The translations under genes were made by a program, and so were the position numbers. Under the pieces are notes generated by a model, which searched no databases, had not been told where the DNA came from, and worked only from the letters and a program-made list of their open reading frames with translations. From the NCBI RefSeq assembly GCF_006345805.1, contig NW_021835463.1, forward strand, positions 1-64,000: a stretch of 64,000 nucleotides of DNA. The letters are read 5' to 3'. Source of the DNA: Octopus sinensis (taxonomy: Eukaryota). This document shows positions 22,101 to 35,000 of the stretch, piece by piece. Position 1 is the stretch's first letter, and the number at the start of each line of letters is the position of its first letter.

Positions 22101-25100
22101 GTTTTTGCACAGGTGATGGCTTCCCAGATGGAAAATGCGTGTTCTATGCACCCAGGGATTCCTGCTTTTTGAATCGCTTCATTAACGTATCTGTTATGCT
22201 GTACGAATCTTATGATTCATCTAGCAAATGATAGGAATGAGGGTGACAGCATCTCTTCTGTTGCCCTCATCACATTCGGTCAAAAGTGGAATCATAAACG
22301 CTTAGCATTCTAGTCCACCAAAAAGCCAGACCGTTTTGATTATCCTGCCACGTTATTTTCGACGGACCAGAACCGTTTTAGCGATCTCATTTTCAACCCC
22401 ATCTCCTCCGATCATATTTTGGTGGTTTTCTGCCCCAAACTGGCAAACCTCAGCACAGAAAGACAGCCAATTTACAGAGGTTTTACAGCAGAATCCGAGA
22501 TTTTCCTCGATTAATCTGTGCTGAAGAAGTGATTTATGAAAATCAAAATCTTCCAAGGCGGAACATGGGTGTTTTCCAGAAAGGAGTTCTTCAATAAAGA
22601 TTCAGAATATCCACAATCCCTTCTGGATTGGCGACGTCGTCGTACCATCCTACGGCAACACTACAAGTTCGTTTCCTTGTGCAAAATACATGGAAAATTA
22701 TATGTCGGACAATTGTGGGTTAACGGCAGGACACCGTGTTCCATGAAAAACGTAATGGTAGTATTATTTTTACCGTGGAAACGGAGAACTCCTTCATAAA
22801 GAGTGATATTGCAACAGTTGCATAGAGCTAGGATGTTAGAGAAAAATTAGGATTTTGTGTATCTGTGCGCGCACATGTGTAAATAGAAGAGAAGAGAGAA
22901 ATAGAGTGAGTGAAGGTGATGATGGATGCCTTTTAAGGTACACACTCATTTTGAAAATGTGACAGCATGGTCGTCGCATAAAATGTTTACGATAGATAAC
23001 TTATGGAAAAGATTATTTTAAATTTTTGTAATTCAAATATGTCCTGTCAATGAAAATAAAGTTGGCGTAGTTAATAGTGGAAATAGTACTGAATCTTTTG
23101 CTACCCCATACGTGAAAACTGATCCACACACCCCTCCCTACTCAGCAATAGAGGGTGCGTGAGCGCAACAATCTCTACAACTCAAAGAAAATGAACGGCT
23201 TAAACAAATGGAACAGCATGTTTTACATAAGGGTTGTGTAGGTCGGTCTTGTTTTTTCGCTTTAAAGGTAAACGATTCTCATAGAAGCAAACACGATATT
23301 GAATAATTCGGTACTACTTAAGAAGAGTGGTCCCTCTCCTTCTCTCTCTCCAGCTCCCTCCCCTCCTCTCTCTCTAGCTCCAACTCAACCTCTCACTCTC
23401 TCCAGCTCTCTCAGCAGACGACATTGAAGCGTTACTTCTGAACGGCTGAAAATTTCTTCGCTCCAATTAATAAAGGTAATTTTTTGCAGCTTATACATCC
23501 AGAAATCAATATATAGAGTAATTTTAGCAGGTATGTAAAACATTGTTTTCATAAACTTTGACTTGTTTCACACAAACATTAAAAAGGTTTATTTTTTTCT
23601 CCAGACATCGTTACCACTAACTTTTATAACTTCAGCATTCGTTTATCACCAATTGTCATCTCGGAAAAAAAAATTTTTTCCACAAATTTCTTTATAATAG
23701 TCATGTATGCCGTTTGAAAGGTGTCTGTTTAAACTTTTATTGAAAAAAAACTGCATTTTCCCAAAAGTTACGAGAGAAAAGCTCGGATCTTCTGAATTTT
23801 ACGAGGTCTTCTGGTCGCCCTCTTGCAAGAAATTTTCTCCACAAATTTCTTTATAATCGTCATGCTTTTCAATCTTTTTGCTGGAGCCGAACCCCAAGGA
23901 AACATTCCACTGGCTTGAGGAACCCCTGTGCAATAATCTAATTGTCTTATGCAAAAAAAACAGCATTTAATTAATGAAATGAAAATACTCATGTTCAGAT
24001 TTATTTACAATTAAATCACAAACTAAAAAAATTGTCATGTACATATGCAATTTTATTCTTGCATCTACGTTATTATTAAAACGTGTATTAAAAAACTTTA
24101 GTTTTAATAGGTTACATTTATTCTCATCAAAAACTCAACGAGAAACTTGAGCCTGGTGTTTCTTGCACAACTCTTTAAGATTGGGTCGTGTTTCTGATAG
24201 ATACACACAAAGTTCATCTTCCACAGACCGCAATTGTGCTTGATGGTTGTCAGGACTAAAAATCCAAATTCACAGGAGTAGGAGTTGAAAACTGCACAAG
24301 AAGTCGCAGCGCTTTCTGGGCGATTGCAGGATACTCCTTTTCAACCAGCAACCAAAATGCATCCAGGTGAAGCTCAGAATGTTCTGTCATTTAAAACACT
24401 GGCAAGTTCTTCTTCTGTTAATGTGAACTGTTCTTCAAATGGCTCAAATTCCACAAATAGGTTTCTAATCCAGTCATACTGGTCAACAGATATCCATGGA
24501 AAATATTTGTCAAGATTTGTTAACAAAGTGTGTAAATGGTTCAAAATCAGTAGCGCAGCTTCTTGACAATTCCTTTTAAAAACACTTGGAAACATTTCCA
24601 AATTTCCTGCAGCTATGCGTTTCTTCCATATTGTCAGTTTCTTCTGAAAAGCATTTATTTTGTCAGTAGAAGACAAGATATTTTCGTTCCTGCCCTGCAT
24701 GCCATTGTTCAAGAGGCTTACCTCATGAAATATATCGGCAAGATATACTAACTTGGAACCCTATTTTCCTTAAAGATACGAGGGAAACGCTCGGATCTTG
24801 TGAATTTCCAGAAATCATCTCACCACCTTTTTTGGAAAAGACTGTCGCCATAAACTTCTAGGAAATCTGAATGTATGTCAAAAGGAATATATTTCAATTA
24901 TATTTCATAGAATAAAAAAACCCATTTTCCTTAAAGATACAACGAAAACGCTCGGATCTTGTGAATTTCCAGAAATCATCTCCCCATAAACTTCTAGGTA
25001 ATATGAATGTATGCCAAAAGAAATGCATTTCTATTAAATTTCATTGAATAAAAACCCCATTTTCCTTAAAGATACGACGGAAACGCTCGGATCTTGTGGA

Positions 25101-25634
25101 TTTATAAAAATCATCTCCCCACTCTTTTTGGAAAAACTGTCCCCATAAAATTCTAGGTAATCTGAATGTATGCCAAAAGAAAAGCATTCCCATTAAATTT
25201 CATTGAAGAAAACCCCAACGTTTCTTAAAGATACGACAGAAATAGTCTTTTTATGTCGAATAGTTTAATGGCGAAGATGTAAACACACCAACGCAGGTGA
25301 GGGATAAACACGCACACATACGACAGGCTTCTATTAGTTTGTTTACCAATCCACTCACAAAGCTTTGGTTGGCCCAAGTAAATAGTTGAAGACATTAGCC
25401 CAAGGTGCCATGTGGTTGGGAAGCAAACTACTTACTACATATTTAATATGACTTATTCCATTTATTACTTAATTTATGTATGCATTTTCTTCCGTTTAGC
25501 GTAATTAGTAAAAAAAGTTCGAGTGTATAAACAGGGCGAAGGTGTAGAATATGCACACCATTCGTTTTCGGGTTAGGGTTAGAGTTAGGATTATGCCGAA
25601 GACAGGTGGTGTGTGTATTCTTTACCTCCGCCAT
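19158..25634 (-). CDS. Uncharacterised ~96-aa protein, two coding exons: join(complement(25626..25634),complement(19158..19439))
   Basis: AAAATGGCGGAG|GTAAAG gives a phase-0 donor; TTTCCATTTTAG|ATT gives a phase-0 acceptor. 282-nt open exon to TAA; AATAAA on the minus strand at 18821-18837. Protein family not recognised. Confidence 0.6.
19694..22290 (-). mobile_element. Restriction-like-endonuclease non-LTR retrotransposon (HERO/R2-superfamily-like), 5'-truncated and frameshifted
   Basis: RT motifs (QKAGIPGC..WLDLANAYGSV, RAFMDG), CCHC knuckle CRCGEKAMVRHVLSGC, RHNQVL, and REL motif RPDLV..LELTVPWE..KRYE. Confidence 0.88.
22290..22830 (-). mobile_element. Merlin (ISXO2/IS1016-like) transposase remnant
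   Basis: Translation VNWLSFCAEVC..MIGGDGVENEIAKTVLVRRK*RGRIIKTVWLFGGLE resembles the ISXO2 IGG..VEIDES...RK..RGR.....WVFGG..E motif. Confidence 0.7.
23860..24760 (-). mobile_element. hAT (Charlie/Buster-like) transposon 3' portion
   Basis: MQGRNENILSSTDKINAFQKKLTIWKKRIAAGNLEMFPSV and downstream C-terminal remnants; hAT-like terminus near 23860. Confidence 0.82.
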
Positions 25635-25937
25635 TTTTTAAAATTACACTCAAGCAAAAGTATAATTTATGAATATTTTTTCTATTCGAAAGTCCTCTCC
25701 CCATTCCGCCCGAAAAGATTTTCCCCACAAAATTCTTCATAATCGTAATCTATGCCATTTGAAAGGTATTGATTCCGTAACTCCTTAAAAGGTTTTAAAA
25801 AAAGAAAGAAATTAATGAAAATGTTCAATTTTTTTTCTTCTAATAATATTACGAACTGTTAAGTCTAGTCCCTATCCCAGCATGCCTCTCTCTCTATCGT
25901 CTGCTTTTTTTTACATTTGTACAAGACACGAGTCGAC
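25635..25937. promoter_or_regulatory. Possible bidirectional promoter region
   Basis: Lies between a minus-strand AAAATGGCG start with donor and a plus-strand ATGCTTCAG|GTAAGT first-exon candidate (donor at 25947). Confidence 0.35.
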
Positions 25938-26699
25938 ATGCTTCAGGTAAGTAATTTCTTAAAGCAGAGAGTAAAAAAAAAGTGTGAGAATGACTATTTG
26001 TTGTTTAAATTATTCATTAATAAAGACTCACAAATGTTTTATTGTTCAATGTATATATTATTGTATATTATATTTATTGTTCAATGTATATATAACTGTA
26101 TATTAATATTTACTCTAGATTAAGTCGTCCAAATTTGAAATAGCTACAATATTGACATAATCAACAAAGGATTTGTAGAAACTTGAGCCAGCCTTTTATA
26201 TTGTATTTACTTTTTAGTAAATATGAATGATAGATTCGTTTTGTATAGCATTATGAAGTTATAAGAAAATTTAACATATGTTAGTGATTAATCTGGTTAA
26301 ACTAAAGCGTTAAACCCGGTCAAAAAAAAAAAAAAATGTGTAACATGTGTAAAACAACTTGCTCTAAACGAATATGACAAAAAAAAATGCACACTCGCGA
26401 AAGTGGGGTGGGTAAGAGGCCTCGGAAAATTCACATCGGGAATTTCCGAAAGCGTCTGACACGAGCACAAAAACAAAAATAGTGTAATAGGTGTAAAACA
26501 ACTTGCTCTAAACGAATATGATGAAAATAATGCGCGCTCGCGAAAGTGGGGTGGGAGAGAGGCCTCGGAAATTTCACATCTTCAGTCCATGGCCTTTAAA
26601 AAAAATAGTGTAATTGGTGTAAAACTACTTGTTCTAAACGATTATCAAGAACACACACTCACACATGAATCATAAACTCCGTATTTTTGTACGTGATTC

Positions 26700-27420
26700 G
26701 CCAAAAAAAAAAGAAGAAAATAAACTGTAAATGTATATCATCTATTTTACAACCGTGCAAATACGGAACTATAATGGCTGAAAATTGGTGTCTGACTTTT
26801 CGCAAAGCATTGTGGGATTGTCGTCTGTATGATATCAATGGCGCGAGATTCAGTTTTTTATTGAAATTTTTATTGAATATTGGTCCTGCAGAGTGAAAGA
26901 AGTAAGTAAGAAATTATTATTAGACTGGAGAATGATACTCCACATCCCCATTAAGGACTTTTCGTTTTCAATGTACTCGAGTGTTGTTGTTTCTGTTATT
27001 GTTGTGATGTGTGGTTGCATGTTCGAAATGTAATTAGATAAGTTTTCAACAGACATTCTAACTGATTTGTCAGTCGAGAAGCATACAATCTCTCTATTTT
27101 TTAATTTGTTATGGCCTTTCTTAATTTTGGTGTCAAGATCACGGGTCTTATTTTGTGTTCGTTTTTGTTTATGCCTTGGGTGTGTAATTAGAGAAAGCTG
27201 ACAGGAGTTTGGATTTAGTAAGGGTAAACTTTGCTGTACTGGAACGAAAACAATTGCAGCATGGAAGGTGTTTATAAGCCATTTAAGAAACACACAAAAA
27301 CCGTTAGATTCACTTTAATATTAAATTTAATTTGTCAAAATATTTTCGTTGTTTTGAGACTGCGACTTCACTGACAAAATTCCGTGCTGCATCTGAGAAA
27401 GTAACAGTTAGTTCATGATA
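26700..27420 (-). mobile_element. Penelope-like element fragment (N-terminal RT region)
   Basis: FSTDKSVRMSVENLSNYISNM resembles the PLE TDKS..V....Y motif. Confidence 0.45.
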
Positions 27421-27634
27421 TATATGTACGTACGTATGTATGTATGTATTTATGTATGTATATGTGTGCATGTATGTATGTACTTATATACTTACGTATG
27501 TGAGTATTTAGGAGAAATAGACGTGTCTGTGTATGTACTTGCGAACGTATGTTTATGTAATATGTGTCAGTTCAATTTGTATACTTGATTGTTACCTTGC
27601 CACTCGCTATGCAAGTACATCACTTTCTCTCTCT

Positions 27635-27731
<97 letters not shown>

Positions 27732-29479
27732 AGCAGATTGTAACATAGATAAATATATAGACAGAAATAGATAGTCAGAAGAAGAATAGACATACCAACT
27801 ACCAAACACCAAGAAAGATAGACTGTTTGATAGCTCGATAGATATATAGATAAATAGATAGATGCTTATGTTTTTTATTGCTACGCATCACTCATTTTGT
27901 CCATTTTATGTTTCTCACCTGTACTGCCCTTTGTAAAGAATTAGCAAACTGAGCTGTTTTGCAATAAAGGCTTGAATGGATTGAGAGCCATATGATAAAC
28001 TGGTGAAGGAAGCATGGATTTAAACTCTGCCTTATTAATTGCTTATTGGTGAAATAGCATAAAAAAATTGTTTATGGTTAAGATTTCTTAATTAATATCA
28101 GTTTCTATATTAGTGTATGCATCTTTAGTGAAATGATGATGAACTCTCTTACAATATGACTATGTGAATTGCTGAAATTATGGTATATTGTAAATTTCAC
28201 GAATATTTGAATGACAGGAAAGCTATCCTGTTTCCTAACATGCAGATTTATTTTTCCCAAGTCATTTGATTAATTGGTCATGTTTGTAAAACAGGGGAAT
28301 GCCTCAAATTTTAGAGGAAGTGGTTAATTGATTAAATTGATCTTATTACTTGACTTGCACTTTTTTTATCAACCATGAAAGGAAGAGAAACAAAGTTAGC
28401 CTCAACAGGATTTGAAACTAGAATATAAAGAGCTGGTAGAAATATTGGAAGGTATTTTGCCAACACTCTAACAATTGTGCCTCTCCACCATCTTAAGTTT
28501 AATAGAATAAAATCTGTGAATGAATTTTGATGAATTTCTTGTGTAGTTTTAATGAAAGTTGGTCTCACATTGCTTGCATTTATATCTTTCCTGAGACATG
28601 TAAAAGTTTTCATTTGTATAATACTTGGCTGCTTGTCACTTCAAATAAAGAGTAGTGAACTGATATTAAAGCCAAAATTTTCCTTTCGCTACTATTAGGA
28701 TGTTTTTCATTTTTACTTTCAGGGTTAAAAAATGAATGATTACACTTATTGGTTTACATGCAAACTTTTGTTTATTTTATATCCTTCTATATGTTGGATA
28801 TGCAAATTTCACAAAGCGGGGATAGACACAACTGTCTTCACACAACCTACTTCAGATTACTCCACTAAACACAATACTCTAATAAATAGAAACTCTGAAC
28901 AATGTCAACAACTTCCATGAACTCCCAATGACTCTCTTTGTCTCAACCAATATGCTAATTTTTTTATAAGAGTTTTGCTAGTCCATTCTTCCAATCCCAT
29001 AGGGGTGCCAATGACTCTCACCACAACAGTTTATACATGTATATTTTACCAAAACAAGTATCCCATGCGAAGCTTCACCTGTATGTAAGTACATAACTTT
29101 TTTGTTAATTTAAGTTTCTGTAGTTAACCATAGCTGTTTGTAAATTGAACACCTGTTTCTCTGTGTATATTGAACAATTTCCATAAGATATATATGTTTG
29201 TTTCCCAATGCCATGGTTTAGGGTCTAGTTCTACTGTGTGGCATTTTGGGCAAGAGTCTTCGACTATAGGTAGAGATCAACAAATGCATTTTTAGTGAAA
29301 GTGGTTGATGGGAACTCTATGAAGCTTATTGCATGTGTGTGTATACACCATATCAATTATGTGATGCATGTTATAGGTAACTGTTGACAAAAAGTGCAAA
29401 ATACTCATTGAAAAATCAAAATAATTTAGAGTAATGTCAAGAAGGGATGTAGAATGGATAGTGGAAGGTGTCCCACAGT

Positions 29480-30150
29480 ATTGCAGCCTAGGCCTATGTG
29501 TCATCTTGCTACTGCAAGAGAGTACAGACCATTGAATGTTTGTGAAATATTGGCAGCTAAGATTATGAACTCTTTGGATTTACTGATTACCTTGATGTCA
29601 GTGAGATTGCCATTGTCAAACAAGAGATTTGTTACCTTAGTAAGTGTCTACCCTCCAACCATGTGTTCCTCTGAAGAGAAAAAAAGACTAATATTTTATC
29701 TTTCATGAAAAAAGCTTCTACGCAGTGTTCTTTCTGCTATATAAAATCTTCATACTTGGTGATTTGAATGAAAGCATTTGCAGAGATAAAAAAATTTGGG
29801 ATATAATTGGGAAACATGAAGCCAGAAAATGCAATAGTAATGGCTTGTTTAGTACTGCAAGTGTGTTCGATTTTTGCATATACTGGGTGACTGTCAATCT
29901 CCTAGTGTGGAGCATGCTGTATTTGAGCACCAAATATGTGGGAGTATTTATGTGATCAAGATGAAAGGCAATTAGGTCTCTCATTAATTTCTGTTTGGTG
30001 AGTTGGCCCTGAGGAAAAATCTAGGCAACAAATTGAAATTAAGGCATGAATGCATTAGAGACACTTAGAGGATCTAGATCAAATTAGAGAAAGTGAAAAC
30101 ATCACTAAGTTTTTGATGGAAAAAATTGTTTCATGTTGGAATGAGTGAAT
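29480..30150 (+). mobile_element. RTE-type LINE APE endonuclease remnant
   Basis: SVRLPLSNKRFVTLVSVYPPTM..EEKK; ILGDLN..IGKH....CNSNG; frameshifted. Confidence 0.75.
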
Positions 30151-30299
30151 TTGAATGAATCTCAATAAAATCTTAGTGTGCATGAAAAGCTTGAGAGAGA
30201 TTTTTGAAAAGGTCTTAATGTTAATGTTTCCATTGTGTTTTGCTTCAAAAACTATGTAGACATGACAGAATTAAATAGACATCCTTATAATTGTTAAAA

Positions 30300-31350
30300 T
30301 TTATTTAAATTATTAATTATTATAATGTGAATATCTAATATTTAGTAGACAGGCTCCTTGCATTTTTGAATGCAAGGACCCTAGCAGGCATGCTACTGAT
30401 CTGATGAATATTCTCTTCATGATTTTCTTGCCAAGTTTCTTCTTGCAGTAATATCAAAAGATCTGGCTTTAAGGATGCTTTCTTTTCTTTTTAGGAAGTA
30501 TCCCATCCATCATGCCTCAGAGGTGTTCAGTAGGGTTCATATCTGGTGATTGGCTTAGCTATGGAAGCTTTTTAATGCCATTCTCTTCCAACCAATCCTG
30601 GGTCTTTTAGTTGTGCAAGAAAGCCCTATCTTCCATAAATAGTGTTATTTAATCATTTTACCCCTGGAGGTTATAGGAAGAAGATTTTTCTATAATATGG
30701 ACACATTTATCTGAGTTTATGTATCCCTCACATTCCACCATTTCTGATTGACTATTGCTCCAAACTGCTCTCCAGACCATCACATGTTTCATTGTTGGCT
30801 GCAATATATTCACGTGAAAATATTGGTGACTGATTCTCCAGACCCACATTCGACCAGTGTCAGAAAATACAGCAAATCTGGATTCATCAGAGAATTTGAC
30901 AGTGTCCCAAAGTGCTAGTGACCTCTCTACCATTTCACTTGTCCAATCTTTTCTCCATTTGATATTGGCTGGTCGAAGCAGTGTCTTCTTTCTTGCTGCT
31001 CTGCCATAATAGCCAATTTTGCAGAGATAACTGACAGCTATTCTGGGACTGACATCAACTTATTCTGCTATATTGGAGGCCTTGCAATGAGGATTATCTT
31101 ACACACTTCTCTTAAGAAAGCAAAGTGTTCTGTCAGAGGGCCTTAGTCTACCTGGGTAAGGTGATATGGACTACTTTCCCGTTTAGTGAATTGAAAAATT
31201 ACTCTATTTACTGTAGAAAGTGGAATCACAATGTTTTCTGTGGTTTTAGGCTAAGTCAGCCTTGAAATAGGCGCAGCATATGGCCTCTTTGTAAATTGGA
31301 CATTTTTAAGGCTTCTTTTGTACATGGCATGATTAAACAGTTACATATAG
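30300..31350 (-). mobile_element. Tc1 transposase remnant
   Basis: HTH region (GYYGRAARKK.LL), WDTVKFSDESRF, VWR, PTMKH.VMVW. Confidence 0.85.
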
Positions 31351-33069
31351 AACCTGAAACATATAAATGTCAATTAATAAAAAAAATATAAACCTCTTCA
31401 AGTTATAATAACAATGTGTTAATGGGTATCTATTTACTTTTGTGTTTGTGTACAAATGTATCATTTGTTACAACTGCACTTTGAAAGAAAAAGAAAACCT
31501 TTAGTAGAAAATTAGCATTAGCTACGACAACGTTACCCAACTATTAAATCTTATATTTTTCAAACTCATGCTAGGATGGAAAAATGAACGTAGGTATGAG
31601 ACTTATTTTTACACATGTATTGATGCATAAAACATGAAATTATGTTGTCTACATACTTAAATACTTGCAATTAATTCATTGTAAGAACATAGAATTTTGA
31701 CAGGTTTTCTTGAGTTGTTGCTCATCTACAATAATCTGATAAATTTGAGGTTATTGTTGGTTGCATAAGATTGTCATTGAATTTTCTCTCGACAGAAATA
31801 TCTAATCATTTTATCCATACTAGCATGGGTTGTGTGTGTCATGTTGATATCTGTTTCAGTTTAATTCCCTCTGCAATAGTTTCTTTTTTTTTGTGTTTAT
31901 GCAATATGGTACTCTCATAAAATACAGTTGTCTCTTGCCTTACACAGTATTCTGTTTCTTAGTTCACTTTTGCACAATTTTGCTCATTTTCCTCTATTTG
32001 TTTCTTTTTGTTTTTACAAATATAGAAGTAGTACTTGCTTCAGTTTCTCATTATATTTTGTTAAATATTTTTGAATTTGAAATATTAAAATTGATTTCAC
32101 TGGAAATGAAAATTCAATGTATAAAATTAACTTTAAACTAGATGTTCAGCATCAAATGCAAAAGTTTTACAAAAAGAATTGTCCTCATCATCATCATCAT
32201 CATTTAATGTCCATTTCTATGCTGGCTTGGGTTGGACAGTTTCATCAGGGCTGTAAGCTGAGGGTCTGCAGCAGACTCCAGTCTTGATTTGTCATTGTTT
32301 CTATGGCTGGATGCCCTTCTTAACATCAAGCACTCCATGAGTGTTGTGGGCAGGGGTTGTGAAAAAATTAATTGATGGGAAATTAATTACAATATATTGT
32401 CTTCTAAGGCACGGCATGTCATGAAAGGTGTCAGTCATTAGTCATTGCCTTTATAAGTTCCAACAGTCAAAGATCATGCATTACCACCTTGTCCAATGCC
32501 TTCTTATGTCTACTTCTTCTGCCATGTAGCATAGTTGTCTGCACAGGTATAATAAATCTGGCTTTCACTCTGAAGGAGAGACCCTTAGTTACTAAACAGA
32601 GGAAGGAGCTCTCTGAATTTGCTCAGCCTATTTTTATTCTTGCAGCCTCACTCTTGGTTCATCCACCTCTGCTACTGACTTTGTTGCTCAACAATCTTTA
32701 TCGTACTCCTCTGGTATTTGATGAAGCCCATTTTCTGTACACTTTTAGTGTTTACTGTACATGTGCACCTTCCACATGCAAAAAATATTTTCCCAGTTTA
32801 CCTTCCTCTGATATTGCTACACCTATTATGTGTTATACAGAGTACATCTACCTACCTGTTTCCTTCATATTGAGGATGGCCATGTACCTGAAGGGCTTTA
32901 CGATTTATCTGTTTTCCTACTTACTAAGACTTTGGGTTAGGGTTGGGTAGGTTAATTCTGTGACCTTTCAATTCTAGACCTTGCTTCCGTACGCACAATT
33001 TGTTCTCTAGTTCTGGTAGTGATTTAGCTATAAGAAGAAGCTCATTAGTAAATAAGTGTGAAAACTCTT

Positions 33070-35000
33070 TGCTTTCACAAACACTTTATGTACACTGATT
33101 GAAGCAATGAAAAAGAAGGTCTCGGTATACATGAAACGTGAAGGAAAATATTTGGATAATGAAACTAATAATGTATGGCTAATTGAATGTAATGTAATAA
33201 ATGATAATATATGAGTGTTCAGTTGTCATCCTCTATGCCCTCCCCAATTCCTTTGAGAGAAGCAAAGAAGACTAATAATATGTATTAAATGATTAACGAA
33301 AATAATAATTAGTGCAAGAGACCCTTAATCAATATTGACGGTGTGACGATCAAGGAGCAACGTGTCAGTTGTGCATCAGGCTTTTGTGTCAGTCTTTGCG
33401 AGTCTGGCAGAGCGACAAACAGGACAATTGCTGGATGGAGGATAAACTGCATCAGGCAAGGGTCACTTTTGGAAAGCAGGGGTTTCAAGGGGTGTTGGGG
33501 TATGACCACTTGTGGTAAAGGTGGGGTAAGTTGGCGTGGCTCTGTGGGTAGGCGGTGGTGAGATGCTTTTCTGGTCATGGTAATTTGGAATCGGGAAGTG
33601 GGCATTGGTGTTGCAGCTGCATGAGGTGCTGTTAAAGTCGGTTGAGAAGGTAGTCTCATCACTGGTGTTGGCGTAGGGAACGCATGTGGTCCAGACACCA
33701 TGAGCAGTGGGCCATGGGGAAGAAGCAGTAGATACTTCCAGAGGAATTTTGTTGCACAGTGTGACTTGGCCTGATCCATCCACTCTCAACATGTACAGAT
33801 CGAAATGACGTACATCTAAATGGCACCAGTTTTCCCCCCATTTGTAGGATTGGGTCAAACTTGGCTCTGGATTAGGACATAGTTCGAAAGAAGTGAGCAT
33901 GTGTGTTTTGACAACCGTTCAGTAGCACTCATGTTGTGTTTACGCAGGTCTTCTTTTCAATAAGTCATAGTTTCATGCCATGTGGAATGTAGCTTGTACT
34001 TGCCGGGATGGATGGGAATAAAGTATTGTATAGGGCTGCCAAAGATGCACATGGCTGGGGACAAGTGTGTGTCCCAGTCAGGTGTATTTCTTTATTGTAG
34101 CATTGTGCACTGGAAACTGTCAGTGTTAAGGAAGCCATTGGTGTCAGTGTTGTCTGTAACGAGGCCCTTTATTGTCTCAATACCGACTTTGCGCTTGGCG
34201 CGGCAGTTGTCATGGGGAAAATGCAATGGCGGTGATTCTCCCCAATTGTGGAAGAAGGTACAATGTCAGCTCATAGCTGATAGGGCAGTGTTAAGTGCCT
34301 GTGCGCCATTCGATGCTCCTTTAAGATGGTTTTCCAGACCTGTTAGGACATACCACCATTGTCTGTCACCAATTGACAGATGTACCAATGGGAATAGGCT
34401 TGATAACTCCAAGTGGAACATTCCGGTCGAGACCTGCTTTTACTTCCTCTTGCCAATGAACCAGGACTGGTATGGGCGTATGGTGGGCGACTGGTTTAGC
34501 ATTAAGCGGATCGGTTGGTCAGACATCTTGGAGAATTGCCGATGGTTGCAGACGTTGAATGTGCTGGAGCTGTAGTATTGTAGCAGCTACTTCCTCAGGC
34601 GACAACGTTTTTCCTCAGTGGCTGGGAATGGTAGTGTAGTTGGAGGAGGGGGTTGTATTTGTTGTAGGTGGCAGGTGCATACATTCTGTGTCATTGTTGC
34701 AGATGATCGATGAGGCTTGTCAGTACTCTCTCCCATGGATTGTTTACAGGCCAACTCATGGCACAATCAGGTGCAGGACAGGGTACGTTGGTCATACTGA
34801 CTCGCTTTTGTCATAAATAAGTCTGACAACTGTTTGCTTTCACCAATATTTTATGCAGTCTGAAGCAATGAGTAAAGGGTCTTCAGTATACCTGAAATGT
34901 GAAGGGAAAGATGATGGATAATAAAATGAATAATATATGGCGAATTGAATGTAATGTAATAAATTGTAATATATGTGTGTTTAGTTGTAATCCTGTAATC
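33070..35000 (-). mobile_element. Ty3/Gypsy integrase remnant flanked by degenerate direct repeats
   Basis: Minus-strand NWG...[37 protein letters not shown]. Repeats at ~33093-33230 and ~34858-34995 are roughly 75% alike by eye. Confidence 0.75.

Noticed and set aside
25570-25590. Short TTAGGG-like tracts (also ~32935, 41390, 51575) as telomere fusion relics
   Set aside because: Only 2-3 degenerate units, partly embedded in repeats.
27320-27400. Possible Penelope hammerhead ribozyme (also checked near 42880)
   Set aside because: GAAA and stems are present, but the CUGANGA core is missing.
30480-30530. Apparent plus-strand acceptor and exon
   Set aside because: Lies within the antisense Tc1 remnant.
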